IMG/VR virus record: IMGVR_UViG_3300042465_003931
Coordinates: 1 to 61,521 of that record
Source: a virus
Taxonomy: Duplodnaviria; Caudoviricetes
DNA length: 61,521 bases
Direction: 5' to 3' (one strand)
Numbering within the stretch: position 1 is the first letter of the stretch; every line of letters begins with the position of its first letter. The notes below the pieces were generated by a model, which was given only the letters and a program-made list of their open reading frames with translations, did not search any database and was not told the DNA's origin. A program made the translations under genes and the position numbers. This document shows positions 17,596 through 27,300 of this stretch, one piece after another.

Positions 17596-17604
17596 GGACT
17601 CATC

Positions 17605-18696
17605 ATGGGTATTTTGGACTCCATCTTTGACTTTGCCGGTTCATCCAAGGGACTGGTAAGCATCCTCGCGGCGCTTGCGAGTGCCAAAGACCGAGAGCGC
17701 GCTCGTCCCGCTACGGGCGGGGGTGTGAGCTACGCCATGCCCGGACCACGCCGCCTGCAAGCGGTCAAGAACCTGGGGCGCTACACCGACGTCGTGGGGC
17801 TTGCCAACGGCGGCACGGCAGACGAGGAAGAGGCGATCAAGGCGTTGCTCTACGGCATTGCGCAGGGGCCCTACGGCCCGCTGCTGGCCTACGACATCCC
17901 GGAGCCGAACCTTGCGCCGGTCGCACCCAAGCCGGAGCCCGAGAAGCCGCGTGTCACGCAGCCGACGAAGGCGACGATTGACGATTACGGGTATGAGTAC
18001 ACGCCACCTACAGGGCCTGTCGGTACTTACAACCAGCAGATCAACGACTTTTTGACCGACATGGTCGCGCGTGCGATGACGCTTTCGCCCACGGCGCTTG
18101 TTACAAAAGGTATCGGTACCGGGCTGCAATACGGGCTCGGCAAGGCGCTGAATGAGCTGCACGGGCCGCGTGCCGAACCTGCGCCGCTGGAGTCCGCAGG
18201 CCCTCCGACTGTTGTGGGCGGTGGCGGGCTGTACACCATGACGGGGGCCTTGCCAGACATTCAAGACACGAACGCGGTGTTCAATGAGTCTTCTTATTCT
18301 GGAGAAGGCAGTTATGGAGGCGGTGTTTCTGGCGAAACAGGCGCACCGGGCGAGTCCAGTTACGGGCTAGATCGAAAAAACGGCGGAGAGGTTTACTCTT
18401 ACGCCCAAGGTGGCCCCGTCCACATGGAAGACGGCGGCTTCGTTCTCACCGAACGGGCCGTCAAGGGAGCTGGCGGGCCTCGCGGTCTGGCGGCGGCGCT
18501 GCCTCAAGCACGCATGATTCGTGGTCCGGGGACTGGCACAAGTGACAGCATCCCAGCGACAATCAGTGGGCCCAGAGGACAGACTCCGGCCCGGGTGTCG
18601 AACGGCGAAGCCTACGTCCCCCGACGTGCAGTGCAGGATGCTGGCGGTCCCAAACGCATGTACGGGCTGATGAGCGCCCTTGAGAGGAGAGCGTGA
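17605..18696 (+). CDS. internal virion (ejection) protein
   Basis: GAGGA RBS; four xxxGG motifs; GPGTGTSDSIPA...SNGE.V motif. Confidence 0.55.
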   Translation: MGILDSIFDFAGSSKGLVSILAALASAKDRERARPATGGGVSYAMPGPRRLQAVKNLGRYTDVVGLANGGTADEEEAIKALLYGIAQGPYGPLLAYDIPEPNLAPVAPKPEPEKPRVTQPTKATIDDYGYEYTPPTGPVGTYNQQINDFLTDMVARAMTLSPTALVTKGIGTGLQYGLGKALNELHGPRAEPAPLESAGPPTVVGGGGLYTMTGALPDIQDTNAVFNESSYSGEGSYGGGVSGETGAPGESSYGLDRKNGGEVYSYAQGGPVHMEDGGFVLTERAVKGAGGPRGLAAALPQARMIRGPGTGTSDSIPATISGPRGQTPARVSNGEAYVPRRAVQDAGGPKRMYGLMSALERRA

Positions 18697-19574
18697 TGGT
18701 TACCACTACCACCCCACCGCCCGCTATCGACCCGTCCCAGTCGACGCTGAGCCCCAACTTCGCGCCGTTCGTCTACGGCATGTTGGGCAAGGGGTTCGAA
18801 GCGGCGAACATGCCGTACATGCCCTACACCGGCCAGCGCTTCGCGTTTGGGCAGATGGACCCCACCACGGGTCAGTACGGTGCAGGGTACTCGCCTCTGG
18901 AGTCTCAAGCCTTCGCGGGGCTCGGTGCACTTGGTCAGTACGACCCGACGCAGTTCAACACCGGCCTGGGGCAGATTGGCTCCGTGCAGGACTACATGTC
19001 GCCCTACATGTCGGCGGTGACCGACATCGAGGCTCGGGAAGCTCGACGCGAAGCGGACATTGCACGCCAAGCGGAGCAGGGGCGGCTCGCCCGTGCCGGG
19101 GCTTACGGCGGCAGCAGGCAGGCCATCATGGAGTCCGAGCGCCAACGCAACCTCGGGACACAGATCGGGGACATTCGCTCCAAGGGCTTGCAGTCTGCTT
19201 ACGACCGGGCGATGGAGCAGCGGATGAAAGAAGCCACGCTCGGCCTCACCGCGCAGAAGTACGGGGACGAGTCGAAGCAGTTCGGTGCCGAGTACGGGCT
19301 CAAGTCCCTCGCCGATCAATTGGCCGCAGGCAAAGAGCAGCGCCGGATCGCACAAGAGCCGTTGGACTTCGGCTTCAAGCAGTTCGAGGAGTCGGTGGCC
19401 GCGCCTCGGGGGGCGGCGACGTTTATGTCGTCACTGTTGCAAGGACTTCCCGTGCGGGCCAATATGTACCAGCCCGGTACGGAGGGTCAGTCAGCGATTT
19501 CCGCAGGGCTCCAAGGTGGACTTGGTGCGTACAGCCTGATGGACTATTTCTCTAGGCCCAGGAATCAACCATGA
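18693..19574 (+). CDS. internal virion (DNA-transfer) protein
   Basis: Gln/Ala/Gly-rich helical protein; YMSPY, AGAYGGSR motifs. Confidence 0.6.
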   Translation: MMVTTTTPPPAIDPSQSTLSPNFAPFVYGMLGKGFEAANMPYMPYTGQRFAFGQMDPTTGQYGAGYSPLESQAFAGLGALGQYDPTQFNTGLGQIGSVQDYMSPYMSAVTDIEAREARREADIARQAEQGRLARAGAYGGSRQAIMESERQRNLGTQIGDIRSKGLQSAYDRAMEQRMKEATLGLTAQKYGDESKQFGAEYGLKSLADQLAAGKEQRRIAQEPLDFGFKQFEESVAAPRGAATFMSSLLQGLPVRANMYQPGTEGQSAISAGLQGGLGAYSLMDYFSRPRNQP

Positions 19575-21328
19575 TGAACGCAGGACTTGGGGCTTTGATG
19601 CCCGGGCAGTCGGATCAGAGCTTTAACTTCCCGGCAAAGCAGCCCATGACGCCAGGAGACATCGTCAAGTCTCTGTCAAACCTCAGCGTCCCAGAACTGG
19701 TTCAGATTGGCAAAAGCCAACCAACCGGGGTGCCTCTCTGGGCTGTGATCACGGCGATCTCTGAGGCTCAAAAGAAGGCGCAGATCGGTGCTGCAAATCA
19801 GCGGCAAACTGCTATGCAACAAGGGGCACAACTCGCCCAAAAACCAACCGTTGCCCAAGAGGTTCTGGGCAGCGCCAATTACACAGACGACACCGTTTAC
19901 GCAGCCAACGGCGGCGAGATGCGCGTGCCGGGGTTTCAATTTGGCGGCGCATCCCGTGCAGACATGCTCTTTTCTGTGGACGATGTGCCCATCTACAAGC
20001 CTCGGGAGGGCCCTGAGCGCGGCGAATCCCGAGAAGAATATGAGACACGCAAAAAGCGTGAGGCAGAAGAAGCTGATGAAGTGGCCAATCGCCCGCTTCG
20101 CCGCGCCGCAAGATCGGCATACGAATTCTTGCGGTCTTTGTCAGAAGGGCCTCGTCAGTTTGGTGAGAAGGTCGCTCGGGATGAAGCGCTTCGTTCCACA
20201 ACAATGCCCGCCGCACAACGAACGCAAGAGCCTACGCGCACCACAGCACAGACCGATGTTCAAACAAGGCCTGCTGTTGTTGCAGTAGACACGGCTGTCC
20301 CTGGGCCGAATGCAAGTCAAAGACCCACGGCAGTTCCTGTAGATCGTGTTGCGGAGTCTAGGCGAACAGGGGCCGGTGCCGCTGTCGACATCCCGTCGGC
20401 AGATAGAACTGGCATTGCTGCATTCAGTCCTCAATCTGAGCTTGTCAAGCGTTTGCAAGATATTAGAGAGGCAGCCAAGGGAGAGCAGGACGTTTTGCGC
20501 GGGCAGACGGATGTTCCGCAATCTGTCCTTGATGCGCGTAAACGGATTGACGACATACTGGCGCTGACCGGCACACAGTATGAGACTGAGCGTGGGCGCA
20601 TGGCCAAGTCCGCCGAAGGCGCAAGGCAAAGGGCACAAGAACGGGCAGCGTTGAACCCGTTTGCTGATCCGGCGACTTTGGGTAGGATGGTTGCTGCCAG
20701 TTCAGGCAAAAAAACCCTTGGCGAAACGCTTGCAGCGATGGCTGGGGCGGCAGGAGAGTCTCAACAAGAGCGCGACAAGGCTCTAAGAGATGCGGAAGAC
20801 CGCTATGATCTTCGTCAAAGCGAACTGTTCAAGATGGATCAGTTGCGCACGCAGATCAATCTGGAGTCCGCGAAGTTGGTTGAGGCACGCGCTGATGGAG
20901 ACTTCAAGCGCGCCAAGGACATCGAGGAAAAACTTCAGAAACTCAAGCGCGAGGCTGCTATCCAGCAGTCCAACATCCTGATTCAGATGATGGATGCGCA
21001 GGTAAAGGGAGGGGCCACTCAGGCGCAGCTTGAAGCAACCAAGCTCGCAAGAGAATCTCAAGCATTGCATACTGCCCAACTACGTGTTGCTCAAGCAGAA
21101 GAGACCGTAATAAAAACGCTTCAAAAAGAATTTGGCCCACAGCTTAGTTTGCTAAACATGGACGAAAAAGAATTTGCCAAAGCAAATCCAGATCTTTATG
21201 CAAGGATTAAGCGCAGAGAAGCTGACCTTCGCAAAACAGTTATTGATCGCGCTGTACAAGAACGTGATCGATTGCAACTAAATGCGACCGGACTCCCATC
21301 TGGTGTGACTGTTACTGAAAAGAAGTAA
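19571..21328 (+). CDS. internal virion (ejection) protein, coiled coil
   Basis: Ala/Glu/Gln/Arg-rich; AANGG, FQFGG motifs; position before the giant gene. Confidence 0.55.
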   Translation: MMNAGLGALMPGQSDQSFNFPAKQPMTPGDIVKSLSNLSVPELVQIGKSQPTGVPLWAVITAISEAQKKAQIGAANQRQTAMQQGAQLAQKPTVAQEVLGSANYTDDTVYAANGGEMRVPGFQFGGASRADMLFSVDDVPIYKPREGPERGESREEYETRKKREAEEADEVANRPLRRAARSAYEFLRSLSEGPRQFGEKVARDEALRSTTMPAAQRTQEPTRTTAQTDVQTRPAVVAVDTAVPGPNASQRPTAVPVDRVAESRRTGAGAAVDIPSADRTGIAAFSPQSELVKRLQDIREAAKGEQDVLRGQTDVPQSVLDARKRIDDILALTGTQYETERGRMAKSAEGARQRAQERAALNPFADPATLGRMVAASSGKKTLGETLAAMAGAAGESQQERDKALRDAEDRYDLRQSELFKMDQLRTQINLESAKLVEARADGDFKRAKDIEEKLQKLKREAAIQQSNILIQMMDAQVKGGATQAQLEATKLARESQALHTAQLRVAQAEETVIKTLQKEFGPQLSLLNMDEKEFAKANPDLYARIKRREADLRKTVIDRAVQERDRLQLNATGLPSGVTVTEKK

Positions 21329-21330
21329 TC

Positions 21331-24300
21331 ATGCCGACCTACGAAGTTGAGATCCCCGGAAGAGGTACTTTTCTTGTTGAGTCACCGTCACCACTAAGTG
21401 ACATTCAGGCCTATCAAGCGGCCATTTCTCAGCAACAAGAGCCCGCCGAAGAGCCTCAACTTGTTCAAACGTCGGCCCCGGCGGAGGCTGGCTTTTTCCC
21501 TTCTGTCAAACGAGGCTTTCTTCAAACGCAAATGCTGGGAGGAGACATCCTTCCAGCGATGGTTGGGCGTCTGTTTGGAGCGGATGAGTTTGCGGAGCGT
21601 CAACTCAGGGAAGCCGCTGAGACGCAGCAGCGTATCCAGCGGGAAGTTCCGGTAGGTATTGAGTCCTACAAGGACATTGGCAGCATCTCTGACGCTTGGT
21701 TGTATGCCAAAGAGGCTGTTGGTGAGTCTCTTGCCTCCATCATCCCATCCTTGATCACTGGTGGTGTCGCTGGTGTGCTGGCCCGTCCGGCGATGGCTGC
21801 TGCAAACACAGCGGCGAAGGAAGCTGCTGAACGGACGCTAATGGGCGCGGCCATGGGCATGGGTCCGCCTACCCAGGCCGCTTTGCAGAAGGCAAAGACT
21901 GAAGCTATTCAGGCCGGTGTTCAGGCGGCAGAAAAGGTTGCGCTTCGGTATCAGGCAATAGGCGGCTTTGCCGGTTCTGCCGCGATGAACGTGCCAGAGG
22001 TCTACCAGAACGTCCTTCAGGAAACAGGCAAAGAGAGCATTCCCGCCGCGCTGATCGCTGGTGGTTTCAACGCTGCGCTTGATGCAATTCTGCCAATCAG
22101 CCTTCTGGCAAGGGCAAGAAAAGCAGGGATTCCTGAAAATGAACTGATGGCTGCGTGGTACAAGCGCGGCGCTGCTGGACTTGGCAAGGGGTTCCTTGTT
22201 GAAGGTGCCACTGAAGCCGCGCAAGAGGCTTCTTCGATTGCAGCCGAAAACTTCGTCGCTGAAAACAGTGACGTCTTCAACAGCAAGAATCTTGAGCGCG
22301 TCATAAACGCCGGTATCAGGGGCGGTATTGGTGGTGGCGTCATCTCTGGCGCGGCGGACATTGCGCTTGGCAAAGCCCCTCCCGCAGAGATCAGTGACCG
22401 GCAGAGGGCCGAACAACTGCAACGCGACATTCTTGGAGACATCCAGAAGGCGCGGGCAGAGCAGACCCTTGAAGAACAAAAGGTCGCAGAAAAGGCTCGA
22501 TTGGAGGCAGAACGTCCTCCATCCGTTGATCAATTGGTTGACGAAGCTCGTCAGTCAGATGGATACGGCAGGCTTGAGCGGGTCAAACAACGTCTGTTGA
22601 CGTTCAAGTCCACTCCTGAAATCAAGCAAAGTCTTGAGGTCATCAAGGAGCTTCAAAAACGGATGGTTGTGGAGGATGTCCAAAGAAGGGCTCCTGCCGA
22701 ACCGACGGTCATGGACGACAAGATGATCCGCTCACTTGGGTTTGTCCCGGGCGGAGAAAAGAGCGTTTACGCGCAGTTACTTGGACGAAGTATTGCGGAC
22801 CCGGAAGCGCTTGCGTTCTTGTCGAAGTACGCTCAGACACGGGCCAAGCCTCAAACCAAGCAACGCATTGAAAGTTTCCTTGCTGTAAACCAAGCCAGGA
22901 CGGCTCCTCTCACTGCGGAAGAAATCGCAGGGACTCAGCCGACCGGCGAGATTGTCATTGGTGGGCAGAGAAAAGAGAAAGAACCCAAAGCTCCAACAGA
23001 ACCCAAGGGCCCGACAGAGCGCCAGGAAGCTACTGAGTTTGGCAAAGCCATCGGAGCCACAGGTGAAGATGCTCTTCGCGGACGGGTAAACGTCAAGGCT
23101 CAGTCTGCGGCGAAGCAGGGAGACCTTCCCGGCGTCGTGGAAGCTCTCTCGGAAAGCAAGAGCCCGATTGTCCGAGAGGTTGCGGCTCGGTCTCGTGAAC
23201 TGGATACCGGCATCGTCATTGATGAAAACGCCAGCGAGCAATACGAAGGCAAGAGCGCTGTCATTCAGCAGTTGTCGATAGACGGCGCAAAGATGCACTT
23301 GGACGCACTGAGCAAGGTGCGCGAGTTGTCTGCCCAGGTTGATGCTTTGCCGGATGGCGCACAACTGCCGGATGACGTCATCCTGGCGCGTATTCCTGCT
23401 GTGGATAACGGTCAGGATGTTGGATCGCTGACGCTGGACGACATCTCCCGCAGCGGCAACAGCATGTTTGATGACCTTCCCAGTGGATCCTACCCGCTGA
23501 GAACCAAGGAAGACTTCGTCAAGCTGCGTGATGATTTGGAAGGCTTGACGCAAAGGCTTGGTGAGGAAAAACTGACCTTGACCTCTACCGGCTCTTCAAA
23601 GATGGTCGGTGTGTCTGGTGTGTATGACGCAGCCAATGACGTCATTCGGGTTCCCACTTATTCCGCCAAGGATGAGCGGGTTCTGGCCCATGAGCTTGTT
23701 CATGCTCAGGCGCTGAAGGCAATCGCCAATCCCACGCCAGCACAAAAGCCTGCGGTGGAACGACTGCAAAAGCTGTATCAGCATGTCAAAAACGTACTGA
23801 GCGCGAAGGAAAAGGTTCCTTATGGCATCTCTAGCGTTCAGGAGTTTGTGGCAGAAGGCTTGTCCAATCCTCGCTTCCAGTTCCAACTGAAGAGGATCAA
23901 GTACGAAAACCAATCCGCGTGGTCTTCGTTTGTTGAGTCGATTGCAAAACTGCTTGGCCTAAAGAAGGACAACGCCTTCACCGAGCTTCTATCGATCTAC
24001 TCCGAACTTGCCCCGCCCGCGACGCCCGCAAAGCCCGGTAAGCCAAAGGGCGCGATCATGGGATCGGCCCTGCTCAGGGATGTAAACGAAGCACTTGGCG
24101 GGCTCAGTCCATCTCTGTTGTCGGAGTTCTCATTTCGGGTCGAGACAAAGCGCAGAGACAAGAAGGGTCGTGCCATCACGCAATGGCGCAATCCTTTGAC
24201 TCCCAAGGGACCACTGTTCAGGTCCGGCGGAGAGGGTGACTACATCGAGATTGCACGTGCTCTTGAGGAGAGGGGATACCTTGAGCCCGGATCTGTTGAG

Positions 24301-27300
24301 CGCGATCCAACCGACGCCGGAGAACGCGCAAAGGATCTGATCAAGTCCGCATTGTCTGGCGACGAAGTTCTGACCATTGATGAACAAACGGAACAGGGTC
24401 GACTGTTTGCAGAGCGCAGGGATCGGGAAGAGCAAAAGCGTCTGGACGCTCTCAGGGAAAACGGCGAGTATGACTCGCTGGATGATGACTCTGCGCTTGA
24501 GGCAGAGAACGAGCGGCTTGCAATCATCGAAGAGGCAGATCTCTCTGCTTCTGATGTAAACAGTCTCGAAGACGACGACATTCCGTTCGACTTCACCCTT
24601 GAGGACATTCAGAATGAACAAAAGCAAGTTTCTGGAAAAGCTGCTGAAGCTGCCAGCAAAGAGGGCGCTGCGGCTCCTGAAGCTGGAGAAGCTGCGCCGG
24701 GGGCTGTAAGCGAGCCTCCATTCACCCTGGCAGAGGCTCAGAAGCCAAAGCCCATCAAGTTGTCCAAGGAGACCGAAGCCAAGATCGATGAACTTGGCAA
24801 GATCCTTGAGCGAATCATGTCCAAGATGGGCATGAAAAATGTCGCGTTAAGCATTGTTCAGGATCTGCGTGCAAACGGTGAGTACGCAAACAGGCTGATC
24901 AAGTTGGCCTTGGACGCAGAAAGCCCTGTCAGGGATCTGAGGCATGAGTCTCTCCACGCGATGAAGGAGCTTGGCTTCTTCAGTGATGCTCAATGGGCAG
25001 CGCTGGAGAAGCAGGCCCGCGACAAGTGGATCGACAAGTACCTCAAGAAGAGAACCTCTACCATCGACGGTCAGCAAATGTCGCGCTATGACGCGTACAT
25101 GAAGCTGTACAACAACAACGAAGATCGGGTGATCGAAGAGGCAATCGCTGATGCGTTTGGTGACTTCGACATCACCAAGCCTCCTCCAGGCCTAACGCAG
25201 GCCATCCTTCGCCGGATGCGCGACATGTTCCGCGCCATCAAGGAAGCGATGGGGATGGCGAACATCGACAACGCAGAAGACATATTCCGTCGAGTTGAGA
25301 AGGGTGAGCTGAAGGAGCGTATGCCTGCGGTTCAGCGGCAGGCGATGGCAAGTCTGAGAGAAGGGGCAGAACAAACCTCCGTCGGGATCATGGACGGCAG
25401 GATCAAGGTTGACCTTGGGAAGAATGTCACCGTCGACAAGGTTGGCGGGTACTTCGACAACTTGATCAAGGAACAGTTTGGTAAGTCGCTGGATTACAAC
25501 GACAAGGCCGCGATGGATCGCGCCATCAAGATTGCAACCGACGAAGTTGCCCTTCAGATGAAGGAGCGGAAGTCGGGTCTTGATTGGTACGAACAGGACG
25601 TCAAAAAAGCGTTCAAACAGACCATCGAGATCATCCCGGAGCTAAAAACTGCTCAAAAGCGCATTCTGTTTAGCGTTGTTGCGGGGATCATGTCCCCACA
25701 AACGATTGCGCGAGACAACTGGTTCATTGCAGCAAAGGCGTTTGAACATTACATCAAGACCGGGGACATCCCTGGTATCAATCCAGACAACGGCAATCTC
25801 TGGATGGGCGGCACGCAGTCAGCGAACAAAAAGGTTCAGCTTGATTTCCTCAACGCAATGGTCAAGGCGATGGGGGAGAAGAAGGCCGTCAAGTGGCTGA
25901 TGGAAGATCACACGGTCAAAGAGATCAACCAGTTTCGTAAGCAGTACGGTGGGATCGTTAGCGGCATCGAAGGAAAACTGACCGACACGCGCCCAGGCTT
26001 GTATGCCTTTGGCCCGAAGATTGGCCCGTTTGTTTCAAACCTAAACGGCATTCACGATGTCACCGTTGATAAGTGGATGACCAGATCCTTCAACCGTTAC
26101 TTCGGGACAATGACAGGCCCGGACGGGAAGATCATTGATGCGCCCACCGAACCACAACGGCGGGCGGTCAAAGCACTTGTAAACGAGGTTGCAAAGAATG
26201 CAAACATCAAGCCCTATCAAGTCCAGTCTGTCCTCTGGTTCTTCGAGCAGCGCCTCTTCACCAAGCTCGGAGCGCAATCTCCGTCCTATGGGTTCAGCGA
26301 CGGATCAAAGCGATTCCAAGACTACGCAAGAGATCGAAGCGGTAAGGAGAGTGTGCAACCTGCTGCTGGAGCAGATGGAGCAAGACTGAGCCTGCGCGGT
26401 CCCCAACCAGACATCCGCTACAGCCTGCGCGACAAACTGGGGATGTACTCCGAGCTTGAGAACAAGATCGAGGTCGGTTCAAACAAGGCGCCGGCAGCAT
26501 CTTGGAAGGCATACATCAACGGTCTTACCCAAAAGGGTGTCAAGCCAGAAGAGATCGAATGGTCTGGCGTGAAGGATTGGCTGGATCTCCAAAAGGGCAT
26601 GGTCACCAAAGAAGAGCTTCTCAACTACCTGAAGCAGGGTGGCGTGCGGGTTGAGGAGACGGTGCTGGGTACACCTCTCAAATACGAGGGGCGCAAACTT
26701 CTCAACAAAAAGTATTCAGATGCTGTAGATGCGGCAGAAGCTGCGGGCGTATCTATCAATCCCATTTACATCGAAACACTTCCAGCCGATCAAAGAGCGC
26801 CAGAGGAGCAGTCTGTTCTTGATGCGTTCAACGCAATCAAAGAGAATCAGGATGAAGTATCTCTTGAGGACTTGGATCGGCCAGCAAAATACAGCACTTA
26901 TGTCCTGCCCGGCGGTGAAAACTACCGGGAGTTGCTGCTGACGCTGCCGAGCGAATCTAGAGGCAAACATGAGCTTGCCAAGCAAACTTGGATTAAATTC
27001 CAAGAGCAGATGCGAGAAAAGTACAACGGATCTTTTGCGTGGCGGCGCAAAGCCACAAAGGAAGAAAAGGCCGAAGCGGATCGCCTTGTTGCTGAGCTTG
27101 ACAAAGCCGTTTATGGAATTGTGGACTACAAGTCTCGCCACTGGGATCAGTCCAACGTAATTGCCCACATCCGTCTAAACGACCGCACCGATGCCAATGG
27201 CAATAAGGTTTTGTTTGTAGAGGAGATCCAATCTGACTGGGGGCAGGAAGGAAAGAAGAAGGGGTTTAAGCGCGGCGAGCGGATGGAAGAAGGTCAGCTT

